Shown here piece after piece: positions 1 to 9,809 of a stretch of DNA of 64,000 bases; the first letter of the stretch is position 1, and each line of letters opens with the position of its first letter. The translations under genes were made by a program, and so were the position numbers. Origin of the DNA: Candidatus Levyibacteriota bacterium (lineage in GTDB: Bacteria > Patescibacteriota > Microgenomatia > Levybacterales > UBA12049); the NCBI GenBank assembly GCA_029260905.1, contig JAJDCH010000010.1, positions 13,027-77,026 of the forward strand. Reading direction: 5' to 3'. The notes beneath the pieces were generated by a model, which did not search any database, was not told the origin of the DNA, and was given only the letters and a program-made list of their open reading frames with translations.

Positions 1-8
1 ATGAAGAT

Positions 9-563
9 GTGGTTAATCCAAAAGATTATTATCATCTTTTGATGGGTTCATTGCTCCTGAAAATAATGCTTCATCAAGCATCCGATTCCAAGATAACAGA
101 AGGAGTGGTTTTTTTAGATAATGAGTCGGAAACGTTAGATACAGCGCATTACCTACCTGATGTTTTTGATAATTTTATTGATCATGTAGGGGGCTTATTA
201 TCTGCAAGGGGACAGAAGGAGAATATTGCTAAACAAAAAGATTTAGTTCGAAGACAAAGCGATACAATGAAGCATGAGCCTGCAGAACGAATAGCTGTTC
301 AGACAGCATATCATCTTGGTATGAGCAGTGTGCATATGAGAAAAATTATGAATGAAGAGCCAGCGCTTGCGGGTATAATTGCTGTTAAAGATGATCAGCC
401 AACATTTGTTGATTTTACCAAAGAGGGGCTTTTGGACATTATGGATAATTTAGTCAGTCACGCAAACACCATATTGATCGGACTTGGAGGACAAAAAGAT
501 GCGTTAGGAATACATAGCCAGGTTGTTAAAGAGCATAGAAGATTAAACGGGTTTGAGAGTTAG
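9..563 (+). CDS. hypothetical protein (may be 5'-truncated by the window edge)
   Basis: 184-aa ORF with no recognisable motif. Confidence 0.6.
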   Translation: MVNPKDYYHLLMGSLLLKIMLHQASDSKITEGVVFLDNESETLDTAHYLPDVFDNFIDHVGGLLSARGQKENIAKQKDLVRRQSDTMKHEPAERIAVQTAYHLGMSSVHMRKIMNEEPALAGIIAVKDDQPTFVDFTKEGLLDIMDNLVSHANTILIGLGGQKDALGIHSQVVKEHRRLNGFES

Positions 564-587
564 TTTTTTATTCCCTTTAATTTTTGT

Positions 588-2036
588 TTATTCTTCTGGG
601 TTTCTGTTTACCTTATAAAGAGTTGCGGTGCCTGATCTTTTATAAACACTTATTACTTTTTCTTTTTCCAGATTTTTTATTCCTCTGATATATGGATCTC
701 TCTCTGTTACCAGATGTCTGATGTCCCAATGATTTGATGTATCAACGACCATATATTCAGGATTTTTAAACCACCTGAACCAATCGCAAGTTGGCTCACC
801 GCAGGGAGAGTTTTCTTCAAAGTCTTTTTGATTTGGCCAGAGCATATAGATTTTTTCTCTTTGGCTGACATGCGGCAGGATATTGTCCTGAGCAACAACT
901 GATGCGTCTTTGGGAAGATGTTCAAGAACTGTATTTATATTTTTAACAGCTGGTGTCTCAGTCCAAAACCAACTCTTGCTCAAATAGCTAAGAGGCAGAT
1001 GTAATAGATATTGGGCAAGAAGTATGCAGAAAAGAAGATAGAGAGCAATTTTTTTAGAATTTAGCTTTTTATATTTTGCAATTGTTGCAATAGTTGCAAA
1101 GCTCATCAGAGGCGCAAGGGTCACGCGGTAATGAAGAAAAAGCCCCTGCGCGCCAGATACTTTATTTTGCGCAAGTAAAAAATATGATGCCAGATCACCA
1201 AGTGGGGGAATAAGATACAGGGGATTAAGAAGTGGCAGGAAACCATTTGATAATAGTGTGTATAGATAGACATGTCTTTTTTCAATTGAATTAAACATGA
1301 GCGCTGGATCAAGTTTTGTCAAAAGCCCGTTACTATTTGCAAATTTGTATCCGCCCTCTACAAGGAAAGGAAAATAAACTCCAAATACAAATCCGAGATA
1401 TGCAATTGAAGATAGAGCATAGGCAATAGCTATTTTTTTTCTGGTAGTTATGAAATAAACAACTGATATTAAAAATGTTAGTCCTGCTATATTTTCTTTG
1501 GCAGTAATTGCAAGAACAAAAAATAAAATAGTCAGTTTTTTCTTACCACTTATCAAAAAGTAAATAAACCATGCAAGAAAAGCTGTCGCAAATGTGGCGC
1601 TATGAACATCAAACCACAATGCGTTTTGCACCCCATAAAACATCAGATAAGAAATAAGAAGTACTATTTGTAGCCATTCGTGAAGTTTGTATTTTTTGGC
1701 AAGAAGATATATAGCAAGGCCAGACGTGCAAACAAAAACAACCTCAAGCAAGAGAAGCATTCTTGGATCACTCCAGATCCAGTAGAAAGGTGAGATAAGA
1801 GCGTAAACAAGTTCAATATGGATATCAAGTTTTGATTCAAATGCGGCGTGATCAATTGTGGTTACTGGTTCTCTAAATTTACTATACTCCCAGACAACCT
1901 GATCATTTATTCCCAGATCAAATCCATATGATTCATAGTGATTATGGCGGATGATTGAAAGGGTTGAGAATGCAATTATAAATACTAGGCAGATAAAATA
2001 GGGGAGGTATTTTTGGAAAAAGCGAAATAACTTCAT
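588..2036 (-). CDS. DUF2079-family multi-pass membrane protein (predicted GT-C glycosyltransferase)
   Basis: N-terminal TM followed by 'GFDLGINDQ', 'FDVH', 'AKE' motifs; about 10 TM helices and a soluble C-terminal tail. Confidence 0.75.
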   Translation of the reverse strand: MKLFRFFQKYLPYFICLVFIIAFSTLSIIRHNHYESYGFDLGINDQVVWEYSKFREPVTTIDHAAFESKLDIHIELVYALISPFYWIWSDPRMLLLLEVVFVCTSGLAIYLLAKKYKLHEWLQIVLLISYLMFYGVQNALWFDVHSATFATAFLAWFIYFLISGKKKLTILFFVLAITAKENIAGLTFLISVVYFITTRKKIAIAYALSSIAYLGFVFGVYFPFLVEGGYKFANSNGLLTKLDPALMFNSIEKRHVYLYTLLSNGFLPLLNPLYLIPPLGDLASYFLLAQNKVSGAQGLFLHYRVTLAPLMSFATIATIAKYKKLNSKKIALYLLFCILLAQYLLHLPLSYLSKSWFWTETPAVKNINTVLEHLPKDASVVAQDNILPHVSQREKIYMLWPNQKDFEENSPCGEPTCDWFRWFKNPEYMVVDTSNHWDIRHLVTERDPYIRGIKNLEKEKVISVYKRSGTATLYKVNRNPEE

Positions 2037-2063
2037 CTTTGCTATTATACGATTTTTAATCTG

Positions 2064-2624
2064 TTATCCTTCTGGTTCAGGAGGTAAGAATTCTTCTCCT
2101 TGGTTGTCAGCTCTCTCTGGATATTCGCTTGGTTTGAGCCAGTAAATATATGTACACCCTGTTGCTTTTCTTGCCTCACGATCCCAACCTGCTGTTGAGC
2201 ATTTTTTCATTTTTTTACCTGCATTGGTTGTGAAGAGAACAAGCTTTTTTCCGCATTCAGGACAGTCTTCATCCAGTGGCTCAGTTGTTCCATTTATCCA
2301 CTCGACATAATCGCAGCCATCTACTTTTTTGGTTTCTTTATTCCAGACACCAGTACTGCATTTTTTCATTTTTTTACCAAATCTGGTAGTTGCAAGAATC
2401 AATTTGGATTTGCATTTAGGACACTCCTCATCCAATTCTTCAGGTTCTATTTCAAGCCACAAGACATAGTCGCATCCGATATTTTTCTTTTCTTCTGCAT
2501 CCCATGAGCCTTTTGAGCATCTTTGAAGCTTTCTTCCTGTTTTGGTAATAGTTGTTTCTGAAAGGGGAGCGCCACACTTGGGGCAAATATTTTCGTCTGT
2601 TTTATTTTCTTCTGTTTGAGCCAT
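2064..2624 (-). CDS. stand-alone topoisomerase-type C4 zinc-ribbon repeat protein
   Basis: Three repeats of CPxC...C S...GCxY..W; start moved to ATG 2624, which lies 7 nt after a TATGAT -10 box. Confidence 0.8.
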   Translation of the reverse strand: MAQTEENKTDENICPKCGAPLSETTITKTGRKLQRCSKGSWDAEEKKNIGCDYVLWLEIEPEELDEECPKCKSKLILATTRFGKKMKKCSTGVWNKETKKVDGCDYVEWINGTTEPLDEDCPECGKKLVLFTTNAGKKMKKCSTAGWDREARKATGCTYIYWLKPSEYPERADNQGEEFLPPEPEG

Positions 2625-2712
2625 GAGATTTATCATACTTTGTTTTGTCATCTTAAGTCAAGCGTGTCTTGTATCTATGCATTTTTACTAGCCTCTGATA
2701 TGATATCGCTCT

Positions 2713-3906
2713 ATGGTAAAAATGTTTCGGAATAATAGAAATACTTTGATAATTGCATTAATTGCAGTCGTAAATGCGCTTGGCTATGGAATCATTATTC
2801 CTATTCAGTATTCATACGGTCTGACATATGGATTGTCTGATTTTCAAAATGGGCTACTTTTCTCGCTTTTTTCTTTCTGTCAATTTTTGGCAACTCCAAT
2901 TATTGGCAGACTTTCTGACAAATACGGAAGAAGACCTCTTCTGATCACATCTATTGCAGGAACTGCTCTTTCGTTTTTTATGATGGCTTTTGCGCCAAAT
3001 GCTTTATTTCTTTTTATCGCAAGAGCTCTTGATGGAATAACAGCAGGCAACATCCCTGTTGCATCAGCCGTAATATCTGATACAACGACCAAGGAAAATA
3101 GAGCAAGAGGATTTGGGATAATTGGCGCGTCATTTGGTTTTGGATTTGTTTTTGGTCCTGCTATATCAGGGCTAACTGTGGGGATATCATCACATCTGCC
3201 ATTTATTATCGCTGGAACAATTGCATTGATTGCTGTTGTGATTACAACAATTTTTTTACCTGAAACAAACAAGCACATCGGAGAGGTTAAGAAGGAAAAG
3301 CTATTTAATTTTAAAGCGCTTTGGCACTCACTTTTTGCGCCAGCTACTGGTCCTGTTTTTTTGATAACATTTTTTTATTTTCTGGCATTTGCTTGCGCTA
3401 TTATCTATGGATTTCAACCATTTACTCAGAAAATACTAGGAGTCACTATCACACAAAATGCTTATCTCTTTACGCTTTTTGGGACTATCGGGCTTTTATC
3501 TCAAGTTTTTCTGGTTCAGAGATTTGTCAAAAAATTTGGATTAAGAAAAGCTTTTTCATCAGCAATTATCATTACTGCTGGTTCTTTTTTGTTGATGTTT
3601 TTAAGCCGTTCACTGGCTGTTTTTGTTATAGCAGCAGTGGGGCTTGGTCTTTTCAATGGATTTGCACAAACTCTTATTCCAACCATTCTTTCTAGGGAAA
3701 CAGACGAAAGATCTCAGGGAACTATGCTGGGTCTTAACGCGTCTTATCAAAGTATGGGCATGATTTTTGGTCCGATTTTGGGAGGAGTTCTTGCGACATT
3801 TGCAATTCCTCTTCCGCTTCTGGCAGGCGCAGTGATACTTTTGCTTTGTTTTTTCTTGTCATTTAGGGTTCTCAGACCTGGAGTTCATAAAGAGTCAGCT
3901 TTTTAG
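2713..3906 (+). CDS. MFS transporter, TetA/DHA1-like
   Basis: MFS motif A 'GRLSDKYGRRP', motif C-like 'GFVFGPAISG', about 12 TM helices. Confidence 0.9.
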   Translation: MVKMFRNNRNTLIIALIAVVNALGYGIIIPIQYSYGLTYGLSDFQNGLLFSLFSFCQFLATPIIGRLSDKYGRRPLLITSIAGTALSFFMMAFAPNALFLFIARALDGITAGNIPVASAVISDTTTKENRARGFGIIGASFGFGFVFGPAISGLTVGISSHLPFIIAGTIALIAVVITTIFLPETNKHIGEVKKEKLFNFKALWHSLFAPATGPVFLITFFYFLAFACAIIYGFQPFTQKILGVTITQNAYLFTLFGTIGLLSQVFLVQRFVKKFGLRKAFSSAIIITAGSFLLMFLSRSLAVFVIAAVGLGLFNGFAQTLIPTILSRETDERSQGTMLGLNASYQSMGMIFGPILGGVLATFAIPLPLLAGAVILLLCFFLSFRVLRPGVHKESAF

Positions 3907-3964
3907 TAAATCTCAAAAAGTGCTATAATGATAGTATAAACTGCAATAGGAGTGTGAGTATGAT

Positions 3965-4588
3965 TTGACAGAACACAAGATCGGCAGGAGAGAGTTTTTA
4001 CGAAGGGTAACTGTACTAGGTGGGGGTTATCTTCTTGGTCTTGGGCGTTTGGGAAACACAAAAGAGCCTTCTCCCAATTCTTCGGTAAAAGGACTCATTG
4101 ACAGAAAAAGTAATGCTGGATCAGAACCTGTTGATGTTTCTGCTCTAGCACCTCAAATAAGCGCAGAGGATTTAGAAAAAGCTCAGAAAAATTTTTTCCC
4201 TGTTCAAGGAATCATCAAAGAAATTCTTCCAAATGATAAGGGAGGATGGTATGTCAAATGCGAGCCAACAGAAGAGCAAAAAGCAATTCCTGCTTGCAGT
4301 GCCTGGGAATGGTTTAAGCTAGGATTTGACGTTCCTGGTAGTCAGGAAGATATAAATAAATTTCGGGCTGATTTTGCCAGACATGTTGGAAGAGTTCTGA
4401 GTACAAATATTCCAATTCCACCTAATGTTTTAGATTATATTGAACCAGATAACTTTACTTCAGATTTGAAAGAAAAGAGAACAGCAGAAAGAATCGTAGA
4501 GGATATTTCCGTTAAAAATTGGTTTCAGATTTTGTATAGACAAGATCTTTATTTTACTAAAGTATCAAGGGATATTGAGATTTTTTGA
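3965..4588 (+). CDS. hypothetical exported protein with a twin-arginine-like N-terminus
   Basis: TTG start; 'GRREFL' followed by a short hydrophobic stretch. Confidence 0.6.
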   Translation: MTEHKIGRREFLRRVTVLGGGYLLGLGRLGNTKEPSPNSSVKGLIDRKSNAGSEPVDVSALAPQISAEDLEKAQKNFFPVQGIIKEILPNDKGGWYVKCEPTEEQKAIPACSAWEWFKLGFDVPGSQEDINKFRADFARHVGRVLSTNIPIPPNVLDYIEPDNFTSDLKEKRTAERIVEDISVKNWFQILYRQDLYFTKVSRDIEIF

Positions 4589-4639
4589 AATAGATTTTAT
4601 TCTTCATATTTTTATATTCACTTTTGTTATAATAAAAAA

Positions 4640-5623
4640 ATGAAGAATTTCAAAAATGCCAAAAGTAACCTGAGACTGTTTTTAACCGGATTTGGGATGG
4701 GAGCTGCCGATCTAATACCAGGTGTGTCTGGTGGAACGATTGCGTTTTTATCTGGAATTTATGAAGAGCTTTTGTATTCAATAAAATTAATTACAGGAGA
4801 AGCGCTGGGTTTGGTTTTGAAAGGGAAAATAATAAAAGCCTTCAAGATAATTCCTTTTAAATTTTTAATTCCGCTTGCTTTGGGAATTTTTAGTGCAATT
4901 TTTGTACTCGCCAATCTTTTTTCATATCTTCTTAGCAATCAAGCCGTATATGTTTGGTCTTTTTTCTTTGGGCTCGTATTGGTGTCTGTTTTTGTGATTC
5001 TCAAAAGAATTGTGAAGTGGGATTTGTCAGATAAAATAAGCTTTGCTATCTCAACTGTTTTTGCTTATTTTTTAGTAGGGCTCGTACCAGGCGAGACACC
5101 TGCAGCTCTTGTTTATTTTTTCTTAAGTGGGATGGTTGCTATAACTGCGATGATTCTTCCTGGTATTTCTGGATCATTTATACTTCTACTTCTTGGAAAA
5201 TATCAACAGGTGCTTAATGCTGTGACACAGCGTGATTTTTTAACTCTTGGTGTATTTATTCTTGGCGCGCTCGTAGGGCTCGGGCTTTTTGCAAGAGTTC
5301 TCTCATGGCTTTTTAAAAACCATCATGATATTTCAGTTGTTGTTTTGGCAGGATTTATGCTTGGCTCAATCAGAAAGCTTTGGCCATGGCAGGAGATTGT
5401 TGCAACCAGACTAAATAGTCATAATGAGATGGTGCCAGTTGTGGTTAAAAATGTTTTGCCGCAAAATTTTGATTTTTCTTTTGTTGCAGCTGTTATCCTT
5501 GCTGTGATTGCAGGTTATATTATTTTTTATCTTGATAAAATTCAAGTTGTGAAAGAAAAAGTAAAAGACGTAGAAAGTGATAAGTTTGAAAAGCATCACA
5601 AAAAAGCGCTCAAAAACCAGTAA
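4640..5623 (+). CDS. DUF368 family membrane protein (undecaprenyl-phosphate translocase-like)
   Basis: Paired re-entrant motifs 'MGAADLIPGVSGGTIA' and 'AMILPGISGSFILL'. Confidence 0.9.
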   Translation: MKNFKNAKSNLRLFLTGFGMGAADLIPGVSGGTIAFLSGIYEELLYSIKLITGEALGLVLKGKIIKAFKIIPFKFLIPLALGIFSAIFVLANLFSYLLSNQAVYVWSFFFGLVLVSVFVILKRIVKWDLSDKISFAISTVFAYFLVGLVPGETPAALVYFFLSGMVAITAMILPGISGSFILLLLGKYQQVLNAVTQRDFLTLGVFILGALVGLGLFARVLSWLFKNHHDISVVVLAGFMLGSIRKLWPWQEIVATRLNSHNEMVPVVVKNVLPQNFDFSFVAAVILAVIAGYIIFYLDKIQVVKEKVKDVESDKFEKHHKKALKNQ

Positions 5624-5628
5624 AGCAT

Positions 5629-6909
5629 TTATAGCTTGGATACTTTTTTAAGATTTTTTACCAAAATTTCAATTCCCTTATCAGCTTCGTTTTTTGTGAT
5701 AATAATAGGGGGCATAACTAATATAGTTGAACTTCTGCCAGACCAGACAATATGCAATCCATCTGCCTGAGAGAACTTTTTGACTTTTATGGCAGCCTGA
5801 TTATTTGGTTTCTTGGATTTTTTATCAGTAATAAGTTCTACTCCTATTTCAAGTCCGGCTCCTCTGATATCTCCGACAATTTCTAGGTGAGTTAATTCTT
5901 GTTTTAGTTTTTCAAGCATGTAATTGCCCATCTCTTTTGCTTTTTCAATTAGGTTTTCTTTTTGGATAATCTCAAGTATTTTTGCTGCGGCAACAACAGA
6001 CAGGGTATGCCAACCAAAAGTAGAAGTCCCTCCTTTGCCAAGCATGCTATTTGCTATTTTTCTTGATGTGGCAACAGCACCCATCCCGCCATATCCGTTG
6101 GTAATTCCTTTTGCAAAAGTGATGATATCTGGTTCAAAATCAAAATGCTCAAAACCAAACATCCGTCCAGTTCTTGCAAATCCTGTCCCAACCTCATCAA
6201 TTATAAGAAGTACATCATTATCATCACAAATTTTTCGAAGATTTTTGAAAAAGTTTTTCTGCGGGATGATAACACCTGGGCAAGTCTGAATTGCCTCGCA
6301 AAGAAATGCTGCTACATTTCCCTCAGACTCTATTTTTTCCTTAATTTCTTTTAGACACCTTTTGGAACATTCTTCATCCGTTATGTTTTCACCATAGGTG
6401 GATTTATAGTTATATGGAGGCTGTATTTTTATAAATCCTGGAACAAGAGGCTTAAAAGGATTTGTGGTTTTTTCGGAATTTCCAAGCGAGATAGATCCAA
6501 ATGTCTGTCCATGATATTCGTTATGAAAAGAAAGAACTTTTTTCTTACCTGTGTATGCTCTTGCTATTTTAAGAGCCAGCTCATTTGATTCAGTGCCACC
6601 AGTTGTTTTGAAAAAAGTGTTAGTGCGTTTGGGGAGAAATTTTTGCAAAGACTTTGCATAGTTAACAACTACATCTGTTGAGCACCACATGGGGGAGTAG
6701 GGGAATTTGGTCATTTGCTCTGTGATGGCATCAGCGATTTCTGGCCTGCTCCAACCGATATTTACGACATTCCAGCCTGATGTAAAGTCAATATATTTTT
6801 TGCCCGACTCATCAACAAGAGTTGATCCATAAGCTTTTTTAAGAACAAACCCCTCTCGATCTTCAACAGTCTCGCCAAGAAGCATTCGTTCTTGAAGATA
6901 GGTGTCCAT
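5629..6909 (-). CDS. class III PLP-dependent aminotransferase
   Basis: 'GTESNE', 'YHGQT', 'IIDEVGTGFARTG', 'PDIITFAKG'; start at ATG 6909 after TATAAT. Confidence 0.9.
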   Translation of the reverse strand: MDTYLQERMLLGETVEDREGFVLKKAYGSTLVDESGKKYIDFTSGWNVVNIGWSRPEIADAITEQMTKFPYSPMWCSTDVVVNYAKSLQKFLPKRTNTFFKTTGGTESNELALKIARAYTGKKKVLSFHNEYHGQTFGSISLGNSEKTTNPFKPLVPGFIKIQPPYNYKSTYGENITDEECSKRCLKEIKEKIESEGNVAAFLCEAIQTCPGVIIPQKNFFKNLRKICDDNDVLLIIDEVGTGFARTGRMFGFEHFDFEPDIITFAKGITNGYGGMGAVATSRKIANSMLGKGGTSTFGWHTLSVVAAAKILEIIQKENLIEKAKEMGNYMLEKLKQELTHLEIVGDIRGAGLEIGVELITDKKSKKPNNQAAIKVKKFSQADGLHIVWSGRSSTILVMPPIIITKNEADKGIEILVKNLKKVSKL

Positions 6910-6989
6910 ATTGAAATAATTATACACCAATGCTTTCCCAATTACTTATTTTGAGATTTTTTGGCTTTGATTCTGCTATAATCACAATT

Positions 6990-8093
6990 ATGAATTTATC
7001 TATCGGTATTGTTGGGTTGCCCAACATTGGTAAATCTACATTGTTTAACGCGCTTCTTAAGAAGCAGGCTGCTCTGGCTGCCAATTATCCATTTGCGACA
7101 ATTGAGCCCAATGTCGGGATCGTTCCTGTGCCGGACAAGAGGCTTGAGACATTGGGAGAAATCACCAAAACTGAGGAGAAAATGACTGAGTTGCCGCCAA
7201 TAAAACCTGCTACAGTTGAGTTTTACGATATCGCAGGGCTGGTCAAGGGAGCATCGGAGGGAGCGGGACTTGGGAATAAATTTTTATCCCATATCAGAGA
7301 AGTATCAGTGATCGCACACGTGGTTCGCGCATTTACTGACCCAGATGTGATCAAAGAGGGAGCAGTTGATCCCAAGAGTGATTATGAAGTTATCAATGCG
7401 GAGTTGATCATCTCAGACTTACAGACACTTGAGAAAGTAAATTTGAAAAAGCATGAATCAGAAATTAAGAATTATGGAGAAGTGATAGAAAGACTGAAAG
7501 AAGCCTTGAATAAGGGCATATCTGCAAGAGATGTTGATTTGTCAGATGAGGAAAGAGATGCTGTAAAAGATCTTTTTCTTTTATCAAGTAAACCTGAGAT
7601 AACGGTTCTGAATTTGTCTGAGGATCAGTATACCCCTCAGGGAATTGATGAGATGGTTTCAGAATACGCAAGGGGTTTGGCTATAGATTCAGAAAATATG
7701 GTGGCGATTTCTGCCAAGATAGAGTCAGAGCTGGCTTCTTTATCAATGGAGGAGCAGAAAGAGTATTTAGGCGATATTGGTCTTCAGGAGTCAGGACTGG
7801 AGAGGTTGATTCAAAAAGCTTATGAAAAACTTGGTTTGATTTCATTTTTGACAGCAGGTGAGAAAGAGGTCCGTGCATGGACAACTAGACTCAGTGCAAC
7901 TGCGCCTGAGGCAGCAGGGGAGATACATACAGATTTTACCAAAAAATTTATCAAGGCAGAGGTCGTGAGTTTTGAAGATTTTGTTGAGAATAACGGTTGG
8001 AAAGGCGCGCGGGAGAAGGGCAAAGCAAGGCTTGAGGGAAAAGACTACATTATGAAGGATGGAGATGTGGTGGAGTTTAAGATCGGTGCATAG
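6990..8093 (+). CDS. ychF: ribosome-binding ATPase YchF
   Basis: 'IGIVGLPNIGKST', 'ANYPFATIEPN', 'DIAGLVKGAS', C-terminal 'EGKDYIMKDGDVVEF'. Confidence 0.97.
   Translation: MNLSIGIVGLPNIGKSTLFNALLKKQAALAANYPFATIEPNVGIVPVPDKRLETLGEITKTEEKMTELPPIKPATVEFYDIAGLVKGASEGAGLGNKFLSHIREVSVIAHVVRAFTDPDVIKEGAVDPKSDYEVINAELIISDLQTLEKVNLKKHESEIKNYGEVIERLKEALNKGISARDVDLSDEERDAVKDLFLLSSKPEITVLNLSEDQYTPQGIDEMVSEYARGLAIDSENMVAISAKIESELASLSMEEQKEYLGDIGLQESGLERLIQKAYEKLGLISFLTAGEKEVRAWTTRLSATAPEAAGEIHTDFTKKFIKAEVVSFEDFVENNGWKGAREKGKARLEGKDYIMKDGDVVEFKIGA
8058..8093 (+). repeat. direct repeat copy 1: 3' end of ychF
   Basis: gatggagatgtggtggagtttaagatcgg matches 9227-9255 at 28/29 nt. Confidence 0.9.
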
Positions 8094-8104
8094 TTATTTA
8101 GAGT

Positions 8105-9175
8105 ATGAGTTCTGAAAGAGATAATTACAGAGGTCAGGAAAGAAATTATTTGAATCCTAGTAGAAGTCCTTTTTGGCAACGTACTCGTCTTAGTGGGCCT
8201 GATAAATTCAATCTGTATGGCCCAAGAAAAAAGCTTAAAGATTTTTATCTCGAGGCAAGTGCAACAGGGGAAGTATTTGAATTTTTTGTCTACAAAACAT
8301 TGCCTCTTGAATTTGCAGATCTTGTTGATATACCCCATGATGAGGTCGAGATAGAAGAGGTTATATTTCGAACAGGAAGATTATACGTTCCAGAAAAGAG
8401 AAGCATATCATTCAGAAAAATATTTAACTCTGAAGATAGAGGTCCTGAAATTTCTCGTGCTGTGCCTATGAGTAGTGCTGATAGTGAAGTGATGACCTTT
8501 TTAGCGTATACTCTTGTTGCAAATGAGAGATATAGAGAATTAACACCTGATGAGTTAAACACCAAATCAAGTGAAGTAATTTTGAAAAAAACAGGAGTTT
8601 TAAATCGATTATCTCAGTCTGGATTTCCTGATTTAGTCTCAGAAGAAAATGCTGAAATTATAAGTAGGGTTATTCCTGAGGATATGAAGGATAAATTCTA
8701 TGGTTCTGTTGCTGATTGGTTGACACATCTCGCCTTGTATTCAGTAGCTAAAAATTCATCTCTAAGAGGCAAGTATGTATTCCCTTTTCCTTATTTAATT
8801 AGTGACGAGAGGCTTCCGCATCCTGATTTTCTGCCATATATGGGAAAATCACTTTTGGAATTTGGATATCTGCTTGGTTCTGTTCTTACAAAAGGGGTAA
8901 ACTATCATGCAGAAGTACTAGTATCAGCAGGTGAAAATTATCTGAAATTGTGTGAAAAAGTTTTGTCTCCGAGCAAGCAGGTAAAAAATAGAGATAGATT
9001 AATGGCTGAGGTGAATAGCTTTAAGTTAGATTATATAAGCCTTTTGAAGTTTTATCAAAAATATCCTGGTTTACTAAATCAGAGTAAAATATCTCCTAAG
9101 GATGAAGAGCCCAATTTGTCTACTACAGAGGAAATTATAGGAAAAGTACAAAAAGTTATAAAAAAATATTCTTAA
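8105..9175 (+). CDS. hypothetical (orphan) protein between the two ychF 3'-end copies
   Basis: 356-aa ORF with no recognisable motif. Confidence 0.75.
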   Translation: MSSERDNYRGQERNYLNPSRSPFWQRTRLSGPDKFNLYGPRKKLKDFYLEASATGEVFEFFVYKTLPLEFADLVDIPHDEVEIEEVIFRTGRLYVPEKRSISFRKIFNSEDRGPEISRAVPMSSADSEVMTFLAYTLVANERYRELTPDELNTKSSEVILKKTGVLNRLSQSGFPDLVSEENAEIISRVIPEDMKDKFYGSVADWLTHLALYSVAKNSSLRGKYVFPFPYLISDERLPHPDFLPYMGKSLLEFGYLLGSVLTKGVNYHAEVLVSAGENYLKLCEKVLSPSKQVKNRDRLMAEVNSFKLDYISLLKFYQKYPGLLNQSKISPKDEEPNLSTTEEIIGKVQKVIKKYS

Positions 9176-9226
9176 GTTAGTTGGGTTGTTGAGGTTAAAG
9201 AGATGAAAAAATAGAATTATTTGCTT

Positions 9227-9262
9227 GATGGAGATGTGGTGGAGTTCAAGATCGGCAGCTAA
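9227..9262 (+). repeat. direct repeat copy 2: displaced ychF 3' end (DGDVVEFKIGS*)
   Basis: gatggagatgtggtggagttcaagatcggcagctaa. Confidence 0.9.
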
Positions 9263-9301
9263 ATCTTGCGTTTTAGTTTTCTCGTTGTTATTATTTAGTT
9301 G

Positions 9302-9751
9302 ATGTCGGAATTTCCACGCTTTTTGAGGAAAAAGGGAAAAGAATCAGACAATCTTAATAGGCCTTCTAGTTTTGTAGTCAGTAAAAAAACAGATGATGGC
9401 ATACAAGGACCACCCCAGAGGCTCAGCGTCGGTAGTATATTTCCCTTTTATGAAGATGGAAATATCTCTGCACTTCTCCGTGTAACAGGACCAACAGCTG
9501 CCGATGTAGTGATAAGTAGGGGAGGCTCAAGGTCTGTTGTGAATCATAGCTGGACCTTTGATGCAGAAGGAAAAGGACACCTGACTGTTACACAAAATGG
9601 AATAAATAACATAGCTACACATTTAAGGGGTTTGCGAATCGACAAGGATGGTATACGAAGTAATAATATGGAAATTAGGTATAGAAAAATTGATTCATCT
9701 ATCCCTGTGACTGTCTTTTCTGCTTCACCTGCTCCCAGCCCTGTGTATTAA
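9302..9751 (+). CDS. hypothetical protein
   Basis: About 149-aa ORF preceded by TTGCGT-17-TATTAT. Confidence 0.65.
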   Translation: MSEFPRFLRKKGKESDNLNRPSSFVVSKKTDDGIQGPPQRLSVGSIFPFYEDGNISALLRVTGPTAADVVISRGGSRSVVNHSWTFDAEGKGHLTVTQNGINNIATHLRGLRIDKDGIRSNNMEIRYRKIDSSIPVTVFSASPAPSPVY

Positions 9752-9809
9752 TAGTTTTCATTTCCCAACTTTATAAAAATCCTATTTTGAATGTTATAAT
9801 ATACCCGCT

